Shown: positions 1-9,552 of the stretch, piece after piece
How the letters are laid out: every line of letters starts with the position of its first letter
Numbering within the stretch: position 1 is the stretch's first letter
NCBI RefSeq assembly: GCF_900188395.1
Contig: NZ_FZOB01000001.1
Location: forward strand, 198,101 to 262,100
Length of the DNA stretch: 64,000 nucleotides
Direction of reading: 5' to 3'
From: Desulfurobacterium atlanticum
Lineage (GTDB): Bacteria > Aquificota > Aquificia > Desulfurobacteriales > Desulfurobacteriaceae
Notes under the pieces: model-generated
Seen by the model: only the letters and a program-made list of their open reading frames with translations
Told to the model about the DNA's origin: nothing
Database searches by the model: none
Made by a program: the position numbers and the translations under genes

Positions 1-948
1 TGTTACAAGAGCTTGAACTTCAAGGAGTATTGGTCTTGAGCCTTCTATTCCGCAGTAGATTACAGAGCCGGATTTTCCTTCAGGTCTTTGAGATAGGAAA
101 AATTTGGACGGATTTTCCACCTGAATAAGTCCTTTCTCTTCCATTTTGAAGACGGCAATTTCTCCTGTTGCCCCGAAGCGATTTTTAAGACTTTTAAGAA
201 TGCGGAAGTTGTATCCCCTGTCTCCTTCAAACTGATAGACGGCATCAACAATATGTTCTAAAACTTTTGGCCCTGCTATGTTTCCTTCTTTGTTAACATG
301 TCCGACTATAAAAGTGGTTATTCCTTTTGACTTTGAAATATTGGTAATTAATGCCGTTCCCTCTCTTACCTGGGAAACAGAGCCTGCAGCTGATTCAATA
401 GAGGGAATGAAAGTTGTCTGGATTGAATCAACGATGAGGAAAGAGGGTTTTAATTTTGCTATGTGTTCTTTTATCTTTTCAAGATTTCCTTCTGCATAGA
501 TGAAAATATTGCTGCTCTTTATTCCAAGCCGTTTTGCCCTTAAAGATACCTGTTCTGGTGATTCTTCTGCAGTTACATAAAGAACTTTTCCGTAAGTGGA
601 TAGCTTTTCTGATAGCTGTAGAAGAAAAGTGGATTTTCCGATACCCGGTTCTCCTGAAAAAAGAGAGACAGAACCTTTTACAACACCTCCCCCAGCCACT
701 TTGTCAAATTCAGTGATTCCTGTTTTAAATCTTTCTTTTTTTATCTCTTCAATTTCGTTAAGCAGTATCGGTTTTTCCTGAGATGAACTAACCCATGAAA
801 TTGATGGGGGAGTTTTCGGAGAAATTTTTGTTTCCTCTTTTTCTTCAACAAAAGTGTTCCACTTGCCGCATTCAGGACATTTTCCTGCCCATTTAGGACT
901 TTTGTATCCGCAGTTTTGACATACATAAACTGTTTTAACTTTTCCCAT
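1..948 (-). CDS. radA: DNA repair protein RadA/Sms, N-terminal ~316 aa (runs off window start)
   Basis: Reverse-strand translation from ATG at 948 gives MGKVKTVYVCQNCGYKSPKWAGKCPECGKWNTF (C4 zinc ribbon), Walker A GEPGIGKST, and KNRFG motif; frame continues to nt 1 without stop. Not in ORF track because it runs off the edge. Confidence 0.85.
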   Translation of the reverse strand, partial: MGKVKTVYVCQNCGYKSPKWAGKCPECGKWNTFVEEKEETKISPKTPPSISWVSSSQEKPILLNEIEEIKKERFKTGITEFDKVAGGGVVKGSVSLFSGEPGIGKSTFLLQLSEKLSTYGKVLYVTAEESPEQVSLRAKRLGIKSSNIFIYAEGNLEKIKEHIAKLKPSFLIVDSIQTTFIPSIESAAGSVSQVREGTALITNISKSKGITTFIVGHVNKEGNIAGPKVLEHIVDAVYQFEGDRGYNFRILKSLKNRFGATGEIAVFKMEEKGLIQVENPSKFFLSQRPEGKSGSVIYCGIEGSRPILLEVQALVT

Positions 949-950
949 TT

Positions 951-1805
951 CTACTCAAAGATAACCGTTTTGTTGTCATATACAAGTATTTTATTCTCAA
1001 GGTGAAGTCTTACAGCTTTTGCAAGGACTACCTTTTCAAGGTCTCTCCCTTTCTTTATCATTCCTTCAATAGTGTCTCTATGGGTTACCCTTACAACATC
1101 CTGTTCTATGATAGGTCCCTGATCTAAGTCTTCTGTGACATAGTGGCTTGTTGCTCCTATTATTTTGACTCCCCTTTCGTAGGCTCTGTGGTAAGGTCTT
1201 GCTCCTACAAATGCTGGAAGGAACGAATGGTGTATGTTTATTATTCTGTTTGGATAAGCTTTTACAAATTTAGGGGTTAAAATCTGCATATAGCGGGCAA
1301 GAACGATGAGGTCAATATCATTTTCCTTTAAAAGTTTTAACTCTTCCTCTTCAACCTTCTCTTTTGTTTCTTTTGTTTTTGGAAAGTGGTAAAAGTCTAT
1401 ACCGTACATTTTTACAACATTCTCAAGGTCTTTGTGGTTGCTTATAACAAGTTTCAGGTTTCCTTTCATTTCGTTTGCTTTAAAACGGTAAAGAAGGTCG
1501 TAAAGGCAGTGGTCATATTTTGAAACAAATATGGCTACACTTGGAATATCTGTATTAAATTTTAGTTCCCATTTCATTGAGAATTTATCGGCAATAAAAG
1601 AGAAAGCTGTCGCTATCTTTTCTTTCGGGATTTTAAAGCCGTCAAGAGACCACTCTATTCTCATAAAGAATATTTCCTTCTGAAAATCTATGTGCTGGTC
1701 TGCGTGGATTATATTCCCATCGTTTCTTGCGATAAATCCGGTTATTTCAGATAATATTCCTTTCCTGTCGGGGCAGGAGATCAGCAGTGTGGCAGTTTCT
1801 TTCAT
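951..1805 (-). CDS. purU: Formyltetrahydrofolate deformylase (ACT domain + formyltransferase)
   Basis: 284 aa; N-terminal ACT-like region, formyl transferase core with HHSFLPAF / GATSHYVTEDLDQGPII motifs typical of PurU/PurN family. Confidence 0.85.
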   Translation of the reverse strand: MKETATLLISCPDRKGILSEITGFIARNDGNIIHADQHIDFQKEIFFMRIEWSLDGFKIPKEKIATAFSFIADKFSMKWELKFNTDIPSVAIFVSKYDHCLYDLLYRFKANEMKGNLKLVISNHKDLENVVKMYGIDFYHFPKTKETKEKVEEEELKLLKENDIDLIVLARYMQILTPKFVKAYPNRIINIHHSFLPAFVGARPYHRAYERGVKIIGATSHYVTEDLDQGPIIEQDVVRVTHRDTIEGMIKKGRDLEKVVLAKAVRLHLENKILVYDNKTVIFE

Positions 1806-1817
1806 GAAGCCTCCTGA

Positions 1818-3635
1818 TTATTCCACAGTAACGCTTTTTGCAAGATTTCTTGGCTGGTCGACATCATATCCGAGAAAATCTGCTATGTAATAGGCAAACA
1901 GCTGGAGAGGAACGACAGTTAGAAACGGAGTCAGAAGTTCATCTGTTTCAGGGATTTCAATGATTCTATCTGTTAATCTTCTTATCTCTCCACATCCAGC
2001 GTTTGTTACTGCAATAACCCTTCCTTTTCTTGCCTTTACCTCTTCTATGTTTGATACCATTTTTTCGTAAACTCTGTCTTTTGGTGCTATCACGATGACC
2101 GGCATCTTTTCATCTATTAATGCTATGGGGCCATGTTTCATTTCACCTGCCGGGTATCCTTCGGCGTGTATGTAGGATATTTCTTTAAGCTTTAATGCCC
2201 CTTCAAGTGCTATAGGATAGTTAACGAATCTTCCGAGAAACAGTGCGTCCTTTGCCATGTAAAATTCAAGTGCAAGTTGCCTTATCCTCTTTTCCTTTTT
2301 TTCTGTTTCAAGAAAATCTTCCATTTTTGATGGGATTTTTATAAGTTCATCTATATATTTTTGCTCCTCTTCTTTGGTTACTGTTCCTTTTATAACTCCG
2401 ATTTCAAGTGCAGTTAGAAAGAGTGCTGTAAGCTGCGTTGTAAAAGCTTTTGTTGAAGCAACACTTATTTCAGGACCTGCGTAAGTATAAATTGTGTAAT
2501 CTGCTTCCCTTGTAAGTGTTGAGCCGATAACGTTGCATATTGCTATAACTTTTGCCCCTTTTAACTTTGCAAGTCTTACAGCTGCAAGGGTGTCTGCTGT
2601 TTCTCCAGATTGAGATATTGCGACAACAACCGTATTTGAGTCTATCAGCGGGTCTCTGTATCTAAATTCTGATGCGTAATCAACTGAAACGGGAATTTTT
2701 GATAAGGTTTCTATGAAAAATTTACCTATAAGCCCTGCGTGGTAGGATGTTCCACATGCCACAATCTGGATTTTATTAAAATCAAAAGGAAGCTCTGCTT
2801 CTCCCTTTATTAGAGATAGTTTCCCTGAAATTGTGTCTGAAATACCTTTTGGTTGTTCATATATCTCTTTAAGCATAAAATGCTTATACCCTGCCTTTTC
2901 CGCCTGAGCGATAGACCATGGAATCGTTTTTATGTTTTTGTTAAGGATTTCTCCACTTTTATCGTAAACGGTTACCCTATCTCTTTCTATAACTGCAAAC
3001 TCATCGTCATCAAGGAAAATCACTTTATTTGTATACTGTAAAAATGCAGGAACATCAGAAGCAAGGAAGTTTTCATCTTCTCCAATTCCTATCACGAGAG
3101 GACTATCTTTTCTGGCGCACACTATTTTTTCAGGTTCTCCTTCATAAATAACAGCAATAGCATAGGAGCCTTTTAACTTCTGGGAGGTATTAAATACCGC
3201 TTTTAAAAGGTCTTTCCCTTGTGCAATCTCCTCTTCAATCAGATGGGCTATTACCTCTGTGTCGGTGTCCGATTTAAAAACATGTCCTTTTTCTTTTAGG
3301 ATATTTTTAAGCTCAACAAAGTTCTCAATAATACCGTTGTGAACAACAGCTATTTTTCCTGTACAGTCTGTGTGAGGATGTGCATTTTTATCTGTTGGCT
3401 CTCCGTGGGTTGCCCATCTTGTATGTCCTATTGCCACAGATGGTAGGGATAGATCTCTGTTTACTTCTATTTCAAGATTTCTTAGTTTTCCACTTCTTTT
3501 AAATATCTTTAATTTTCCACTATCTATAAATGCGATACCTGCAGAGTCGTATCCTCTGTATTCAAGTCTTGAAAGTCCATTTATTACAACGGATTTTGCG
3601 TTATCTTTTCCGATATATCCAACAATTCCACACAT
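1818..3635 (-). CDS. glmS: Glutamine--fructose-6-phosphate aminotransferase
   Basis: 605 aa, MCGIVGYIG N-terminal Ntn-amidotransferase Cys1, two SIS domains, C-terminal ...YDVDQPRNLAKSVTVE. Confidence 0.95.
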   Translation of the reverse strand: MCGIVGYIGKDNAKSVVINGLSRLEYRGYDSAGIAFIDSGKLKIFKRSGKLRNLEIEVNRDLSLPSVAIGHTRWATHGEPTDKNAHPHTDCTGKIAVVHNGIIENFVELKNILKEKGHVFKSDTDTEVIAHLIEEEIAQGKDLLKAVFNTSQKLKGSYAIAVIYEGEPEKIVCARKDSPLVIGIGEDENFLASDVPAFLQYTNKVIFLDDDEFAVIERDRVTVYDKSGEILNKNIKTIPWSIAQAEKAGYKHFMLKEIYEQPKGISDTISGKLSLIKGEAELPFDFNKIQIVACGTSYHAGLIGKFFIETLSKIPVSVDYASEFRYRDPLIDSNTVVVAISQSGETADTLAAVRLAKLKGAKVIAICNVIGSTLTREADYTIYTYAGPEISVASTKAFTTQLTALFLTALEIGVIKGTVTKEEEQKYIDELIKIPSKMEDFLETEKKEKRIRQLALEFYMAKDALFLGRFVNYPIALEGALKLKEISYIHAEGYPAGEMKHGPIALIDEKMPVIVIAPKDRVYEKMVSNIEEVKARKGRVIAVTNAGCGEIRRLTDRIIEIPETDELLTPFLTVVPLQLFAYYIADFLGYDVDQPRNLAKSVTVE

Positions 3636-3734
3636 AGTTGCCTCATTGTTTAATATTTATTCACTCTTTCTTTTAAGGTAAAAATATACCATAATAACTT
3701 TGTCAAAACACTAATTTTTGCAGGAGGAAGGTAA

Positions 3735-4934
3735 ATGAATCTAAACGTAACTCCACTTGATTTTCAGCCAGCTAATGAGCTTGGTGTTGAGATTGTTGAG
3801 AGGAAAGGCATAGGCCACCCTGATACTATATGTGATGCTCTTGCTGAGAAACTTTCGGCAGAGCTTTGCAAGTTTTATAAAGAGAAGTTTGGTTTCGTTC
3901 TTCATCACAATGTTGATAAGGGTTTACTCCTTGGTGGAAGTGCAAGTCCAAAGTTTGGCGGTGGGGAAATTACAGCTCCTATAGAAATTTATCTTGTTGG
4001 TAGGGCTATAAAAGAGTATAAAGGGATTAAGGTTCCTGTTGAGGAGTTTGCTATTGAAGGGACGAAAGAGTGGTTAAAGGAAAATATCCATGCTCTTGAC
4101 CCTGAAAAAGATGTGAAAATTCACTGCCTTGTAAGGCCTGGTTCTGTTGATCTTGTTGATATCTATATGAGACAGCTTGAAACTGGTGTTCCCCTTGCAA
4201 ACGATACCTCTTTTGGTGTTGGTTTTGCGCCGTTTGATGAAGTGGAAAATATCGCCTTTAATGTTGAAAAGGTATTGAACAGTAAAGAGATGAAGAAGAA
4301 ATATCCTGAAATCGGTGAAGATATAAAAGTTATGTGTGTAAGAAAGAGAGATGTTATAGATGTAACGATAGCCTGTGCTTTTGTTGATAGATTTGTTAAA
4401 GATATTAACGATTACATTGAGAAAAGGGAAAATGTGAGAAAAATAGCTGAAGAGGTTGCCAGAAAGTATACAAACAGAGAAGTTCTGATTCATGTTAACA
4501 CAGGTGATGATGATAAGAGGGAAAACGTTTATATCACTGTTGCAGGAACATCAGCAGAGGCCGGAGATGATGGTGAAGTTGGAAGAGGAAACAGAGTAAA
4601 TGGACTTATTACTCCGTATAGACCGATGAGTCTTGAAGCTGCTGCTGGCAAAAATCCGATAACACATGTTGGTAAACTTTACAATATTACAGCCATGGAG
4701 ATTTGTGAAGCTGTTGTTAAGGAGATTCCGGAAGTTAAAGAAGCTTACTGCTACATTGTAAGCCAGATAGGTAAGCCGATAAGTGAGCCTCTTGCTCTTG
4801 ATGTGAAAATAAGGACAGAGGATGGCAAAGTTGAAGCTTATAAAGATAAGATAGAACCGATAGCCAGAGAGCACCTTTCAAATATTGGGAATATCTGGAA
4901 AAGACTTGTTGATGGAGAGATAGTTGTTTATTGA
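3735..4934 (+). CDS. mat: S-adenosylmethionine synthetase, archaeal type
   Basis: 399 aa; N-terminal ...[17 protein letters not shown]... characteristic of archaeal-type MAT (not bacterial MetK GHPDK fold). Archaeal-type MAT is known in Aquificae. Confidence 0.9.
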   Translation: MNLNVTPLDFQPANELGVEIVERKGIGHPDTICDALAEKLSAELCKFYKEKFGFVLHHNVDKGLLLGGSASPKFGGGEITAPIEIYLVGRAIKEYKGIKVPVEEFAIEGTKEWLKENIHALDPEKDVKIHCLVRPGSVDLVDIYMRQLETGVPLANDTSFGVGFAPFDEVENIAFNVEKVLNSKEMKKKYPEIGEDIKVMCVRKRDVIDVTIACAFVDRFVKDINDYIEKRENVRKIAEEVARKYTNREVLIHVNTGDDDKRENVYITVAGTSAEAGDDGEVGRGNRVNGLITPYRPMSLEAAAGKNPITHVGKLYNITAMEICEAVVKEIPEVKEAYCYIVSQIGKPISEPLALDVKIRTEDGKVEAYKDKIEPIAREHLSNIGNIWKRLVDGEIVVY

Positions 4935-4957
4935 TGAGTTTGGTTGAAATTTCATTT

Positions 4958-4990
4958 AAAGCCCGGGAATTTTCCCGGGTTTTTTTGTTT
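4958..4990 (+). terminator. Rho-independent terminator after mat
   Basis: aaaGCCCGGGAAttTTCCCGGGtttttttgtttt: perfect GC-rich stem followed by T-run. Confidence 0.7.
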
Positions 4991-5043
4991 TGATTTTTTG
5001 TTTTATAATCGTATTAAGTTTTTAAATACATGGAGGCGGTTTA

Positions 5044-5871
5044 GTGTTATCTCATCTTCTTGAAGCCGGAATTGTTCTTTTTGTTTCAGGTTTCTTTATA
5101 GGATTCCTTTCCGGGCTTCTTGGAAAAGGCGGAGGATTGTTACTTATCCCGACTTTCTGGTTTATTTTTCCTTTTATAGGGATTCCCGAAAAGATAGTTC
5201 CCAAGGCTGCTGTAGCCACATCGTTAGCATGTATGACAGTTACTTCTTCAACATCTGCATGGCAGCACATTAAAAAGGGTTATTTAAAGAAAGATATCTT
5301 TTTTAATCTGCTTATAGGTGCTGTTCCTGGAGTTTTTATAGGAAGTGCTATTACTGCAAGACTTCTCTCTCCAGAGATGACAAAACTGCTTTTTGCTATT
5401 TTCCTTATCTTTATGTCGTTAAAGATGTTGAAAAAACCGGAAAAGGGAGAAAAAACAGAGAAAATTAATAAAAGGAAAGTTTTGTTAACAGGTTTTGCTT
5501 CCGGTTTTATAGCGGGTTTACTTGGAATAGGTGGTGGTTCGCTGGTAACTCCTATGCTTTATTCCTTTGCAGATGTTCCTATAAAAGTTGCTATGGCAAC
5601 ATCAACAGGAATAGTATTTTTCAACTCATTCTTTTCTGTTTTAAACTACATTTATTACGGTTTAAATAAAGTTAATTTTCCTTACTTTTTTGGGTATGTT
5701 TATATCCCTGTTCTAATATTTATGGTTCCTTCTCTTTATATCGGCACAAGAATTGGTGTAAGATTGATGCACAGGGTTAATTCAGAAAAGTTAAGAAAGT
5801 GGTTTGCTGTTTTTTTAATTTTTGTTGCCTTTGAAGTTATACTTAAACTTGTTGGTGGATTTTTAAAGTAA
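5044..5871 (+). CDS. TSUP/TauE-SafE family (DUF81) anion exporter-like membrane protein
   Basis: 275 aa, two repeated halves each with GxGGG(S/L)L(L/V)xP motif (GKGGGLLLIP; GIGGGSLVTP), multi-TM hydrophobic profile. Confidence 0.75.
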   Translation: MLSHLLEAGIVLFVSGFFIGFLSGLLGKGGGLLLIPTFWFIFPFIGIPEKIVPKAAVATSLACMTVTSSTSAWQHIKKGYLKKDIFFNLLIGAVPGVFIGSAITARLLSPEMTKLLFAIFLIFMSLKMLKKPEKGEKTEKINKRKVLLTGFASGFIAGLLGIGGGSLVTPMLYSFADVPIKVAMATSTGIVFFNSFFSVLNYIYYGLNKVNFPYFFGYVYIPVLIFMVPSLYIGTRIGVRLMHRVNSEKLRKWFAVFLIFVAFEVILKLVGGFLK

Positions 5872-5885
5872 TTAGAGTGAATTTT

Positions 5886-5896
5886 TGTGTTATAAT
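5886..5896 (+). promoter_or_regulatory. Extended -10 promoter element (TGtTATAAT) upstream of pilT
   Basis: tttTGTGTTATAATttg 60 nt upstream of pilT start; consensus TGn-TATAAT; no good -35. Confidence 0.35.
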
Positions 5897-5955
5897 TTGA
5901 GTAAAATTAGGATAATTTAACGATTAATCCGGTGTAATGTTTAAGGGGAAATTGA

Positions 5956-7029
5956 ATGGCATCTATAGTTGAGTATTTGAAAGAGCTTGTTGATAGAGGT
6001 GGATCAGACCTTCATATATCTCCTGGTAGTCCTCCGAGAATAAGAGTAAGCGGGGATCTTACACCTATAGAGGGGGCGGAAGTTTTAACTCCAAGTGACA
6101 CTAAAAGGTTGATATATAATGTTTTAACCGATATGCAGAAAAAGAGACTTGAGGAAGATCTTGAGCTTGACTTCTCTTTTGGAATAGAGAATCTTGCAAG
6201 GTTCAGGGGAAACGCTTTCTATCAGAGAACAACACTTGCAGGAGTTTTCAGGCTTATTCCTTATGAAATACCGCCTTTTGAAAAGCTTGGACTTCCAGAA
6301 GTCGTAAAAAGCTTTGCCAGCCTTGACCAGGGACTTGTTCTTGTAACTGGTCCTACCGGTTCAGGTAAATCTACAACTCTGGCAGCTCTTATCAATATAA
6401 TAAATGAAACCTATCCTTACCATATAATCACCATAGAAGATCCGGTTGAGTTTGTATATGAACATAAAAAATCTCTTGTTAATCAAAGGGAACTTGGAAG
6501 TGATACCAAGTCATTTGCCAATGCTCTTCGTTCTGCGTTAAGGGAAGACCCTGATGTTATTCTTGTTGGTGAGATGAGGGATATGGAAACCATAGCTGCA
6601 GCTTTAACAGCTGCTGAGACAGGTCACCTTGTTTTCGGAACACTTCACACCAACTCTGCGATAGAAACCATTAACCGTATAGTTGATGTTTTCCCTGCTG
6701 ATAAGCAGTCTCAAATCAGAACTCAGCTTTCATTTTCACTTCAAGGCATTGTTGCCCAGAAACTTTTAAAAAGAAAAGATGGTAAAGGAAGAGTTGCAGC
6801 AGCAGAAGTTTTTATACCAACACCTGCAATTAGAAATCTGATAAGAGAAAATAAATTGCATCAGATATACTCTTTAATGCAGACAGGTCAGGCGGAAACA
6901 GGTATGGTTACAATGAATCAAAGTCTTGCAAGGCTTTACCTTGCCGGTGTGATAGATATTGAAACGGCAAAGAGTGTTTCACCTGAACCGAAAGAGCTTG
7001 AAACGTTAATAAAAACTTATGGTCGGTGA
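5956..7029 (+). CDS. pilT: Twitching motility ATPase PilT (type IV pilus retraction)
   Basis: 357 aa; Walker A GPTGSGKSTT, Asp box, His box, PilT-type N-terminus MASIVEYLKELVDRGGSDLHIS. Confidence 0.9.
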   Translation: MASIVEYLKELVDRGGSDLHISPGSPPRIRVSGDLTPIEGAEVLTPSDTKRLIYNVLTDMQKKRLEEDLELDFSFGIENLARFRGNAFYQRTTLAGVFRLIPYEIPPFEKLGLPEVVKSFASLDQGLVLVTGPTGSGKSTTLAALINIINETYPYHIITIEDPVEFVYEHKKSLVNQRELGSDTKSFANALRSALREDPDVILVGEMRDMETIAAALTAAETGHLVFGTLHTNSAIETINRIVDVFPADKQSQIRTQLSFSLQGIVAQKLLKRKDGKGRVAAAEVFIPTPAIRNLIRENKLHQIYSLMQTGQAETGMVTMNQSLARLYLAGVIDIETAKSVSPEPKELETLIKTYGR

Positions 7030-7046
7030 TTTGGGGAGATTAGCTT

Positions 7047-8264
7047 ATGCCAACGTTTGTTTATAAAGGAAAAACGATTTTAGGTAAGGTTAAAAAGGGG
7101 AAGGTTACTGCAGATAACATAGATGTTGCAAAAAATCTCATAAGAGCGAAAGGTGTTGTGGTTATTGAAAGTATTAAAGAGGAATCTTCCTCCGGCTTAA
7201 ATATGGAGATAAATTTATCTTTTCTTGATAAAGTTAAGTTAAAAGATATTGTTATTTTTACCCGTCAGCTTTACTCAATGATAAATGCAGGTATTCCTCT
7301 TGTAAGTGCTTTGAGGGCTCTTGAGCAGCAGGTATCAAACAGGAAATTGAAAGAGGTGATTAAAGACATAGCAAAACAGGTTGAGGAGGGAGGAAGATTT
7401 TCCGCTGCCCTTGCAAAGCACAAAGATGTTTTCAGTGATCTTTATGTCAGTATGATAAAAGCGGCAGAGGAAGCTGGTACTCTTGATTCTACTCTTAAAA
7501 GACTTGCAGAATACCTTGAAAAAATCGAGCATTTAAGGGCAAAAGTAAAAAGTGCAATGTTTTACCCAACATTTGTTCTTATTATTGCCGGAATTATTGT
7601 TTCAGGTATTTTGATTTTTGTTATACCAACATTTCAAAATATATATGCCGACCTTGGTGGGCAGCTTCCTGCCCTTACCCAGATGGTTATAAAGCTCAGT
7701 GATTTTTTAAGGGATTATATAGGTTGGATGATAGGTGGAATTGTCGTTTTTATCTTTGTGTTTAAGCGTCTTCTGAAAATTCCGAAGTTTAAGTATTATT
7801 TTGATATGGTAATGCTTAAGGTTCCTGTCTTTGGAGAACTTATTCTGAAAAGCTCAATAGCAAATTTTGCAAGGACACTTTCTTCTATGATTTCAAGTGG
7901 TATAAATATTTTAAAAGCTCTTGAGATTGCAGCAGAAACATCAAATAACAAGATAATTCAGGAAGAGATACTTAAGGTTAAAAATCAGGTGGAAAGAGGT
8001 ATAAGCCTTGCCGTTGCTCTTTCAAGGAGTAAGATATTCCCTCCGATGCTTATAAATATGGTTGCAATTGGAGAGGATGCAGGTAATCTTGATGAGATGC
8101 TTGCTAAAGTTGCGGAGTTTTATGAGGAAGAAGTGGATACAATGGTTGATGGTCTTACCTCTCTTATAGAACCGATGATGATGGTTTTGATAGGTGGGGT
8201 TATAGGTTTTATTATTATTGCTATGTATCTACCGATATTCAAGATGGGAGATCTTGTTAAGTAA
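7047..8264 (+). CDS. pilC: Type IV pilus assembly platform protein PilC (GspF family)
   Basis: 405 aa, two GspF repeats, three TM segments, typical PilC size/profile; directly follows pilT. Confidence 0.9.
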   Translation: MPTFVYKGKTILGKVKKGKVTADNIDVAKNLIRAKGVVVIESIKEESSSGLNMEINLSFLDKVKLKDIVIFTRQLYSMINAGIPLVSALRALEQQVSNRKLKEVIKDIAKQVEEGGRFSAALAKHKDVFSDLYVSMIKAAEEAGTLDSTLKRLAEYLEKIEHLRAKVKSAMFYPTFVLIIAGIIVSGILIFVIPTFQNIYADLGGQLPALTQMVIKLSDFLRDYIGWMIGGIVVFIFVFKRLLKIPKFKYYFDMVMLKVPVFGELILKSSIANFARTLSSMISSGINILKALEIAAETSNNKIIQEEILKVKNQVERGISLAVALSRSKIFPPMLINMVAIGEDAGNLDEMLAKVAEFYEEEVDTMVDGLTSLIEPMMMVLIGGVIGFIIIAMYLPIFKMGDLVK

Positions 8265-9489
8265 CTCTTTCTCTTAATATAGTTAGCTCTGGTATGGTTA
8301 TTTTGTTCTTAAATTCAATTTGAACTTTAAAGTTCGGATGTGCTTCTTCTATCTTTGATTCATCCTTGCTTATAGTGACTATTTCAGTTTTTTTTGAAAA
8401 ACCTTCCTTAAAGAAAAGTTCAACTTTTGCTCCTGTTTTTATTTTGTTTCGTATCTGCCATATTCCGTCTTTGTAAATTCCAAGAAACCTGTAATTTCTT
8501 ATGTAGGAGCTTGTTTCAAAATGTTGCAATTCTTTCTCTTCTGTTAAAAATCCTGTAGTGTAGGGTCTGTGGCTTACTTTTTCAAGCTCTTTTACAAATT
8601 CTCCTATTTTCTCTTTAAATTTTTCTCTTTTTCCTTCTTTTATCAGGTTTATTGCCTGCCTGTAAATGGCCGTTGTTACAGCCACGTAATAGGAGCTTTT
8701 TACCCTTCCTTCAATTTTTACAGAATCAACACCTGCATCATATAGCTTATCAAGAAGTGGAAGAGCACACAGGTCTTTGGAGTTAAAGATGTAAGTTCCG
8801 TGGCTATCCTCTTCTATCTGGTAAAGTTCTCCTTCTCTTTTCTCTTCCATTACATAATATTTCCACCTGCAGCTCTGGGAGCATGCACCTTTGTTGGAAT
8901 CTCTATGGGAGAGATAATTTGATAGAAGGCATCTTCCTGAATACGCCATACAGAGAGCTCCATGAACAAACACTTCAATTTCCATTTCAGGAAGCTTTTC
9001 CTTTATCTCTCTTATCTCTTCAATAGATAGTTCTCTTGCAAGGACGATTCTTGAAGCTCCTAAAGATTTATAAACTTTTACAGCTTCATAATTTGTTACA
9101 TTTGCCTGCGTGCTTATGTGAATTGGAATGTTTGAATTTTCAGCAGCAATTGATAAACCGCCGATATCAGATACGATAAATGCGTCAGGTTTAAGGGGAG
9201 TTATCTCTTTTATAGCTGTTTTAAATTCTTCCAGGTCCTTGTTTTTTAAAAATGCGTTAAGTGTTACATAAACTTTCACTCCTTTTTTGCGGGCGTAGTT
9301 TATTCCCTCTTCAAGCTCCTCTATAGTGAAATTTCCTGCTCTTTCTCGTAAACTTAACTTTTTTACTCCAAGATAAACTGCATCAGCTCCATAATCTACT
9401 GCAACTCTCAGCTTCTCAAGTGTTCCGGCTGGCGATAAAAGTTCCATCTCTACTCCTGATGTTTGTGTTGCAGTATTAAACATAGACAT
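8257..9489 (-). CDS. Peptidase U32 family protein (collagenase-like / RlhA-type)
   Basis: 410 aa; N-terminal ELLSPAGTLEKLRVAVDYGADAVYLG TIM-barrel U32 signature and conserved Cys cluster region. Confidence 0.85.
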   Translation of the reverse strand: MSMFNTATQTSGVEMELLSPAGTLEKLRVAVDYGADAVYLGVKKLSLRERAGNFTIEELEEGINYARKKGVKVYVTLNAFLKNKDLEEFKTAIKEITPLKPDAFIVSDIGGLSIAAENSNIPIHISTQANVTNYEAVKVYKSLGASRIVLARELSIEEIREIKEKLPEMEIEVFVHGALCMAYSGRCLLSNYLSHRDSNKGACSQSCRWKYYVMEEKREGELYQIEEDSHGTYIFNSKDLCALPLLDKLYDAGVDSVKIEGRVKSSYYVAVTTAIYRQAINLIKEGKREKFKEKIGEFVKELEKVSHRPYTTGFLTEEKELQHFETSSYIRNYRFLGIYKDGIWQIRNKIKTGAKVELFFKEGFSKKTEIVTISKDESKIEEAHPNFKVQIEFKNKITIPELTILRERVT

Positions 9490-9552
9490 TTGTTGCCATT
9501 ATTCAATAAACCTCTTAACTTTTTATAAAAGCTTTTTCTTGCAGGAGTTTAT

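Noticed and set aside
3636-3734. SAM riboswitch upstream of mat
   Set aside because: Leader too short and lacks the paired GC-rich helices of SAM-I.
4074-4874. Two minus-strand ORFs (139 and 107 aa) inside the mat gene
   Set aside because: Antisense to a well-supported, highly conserved CDS; translations are low-complexity (Ile/Phe/Asn-rich), typical of AT-rich antisense frames.
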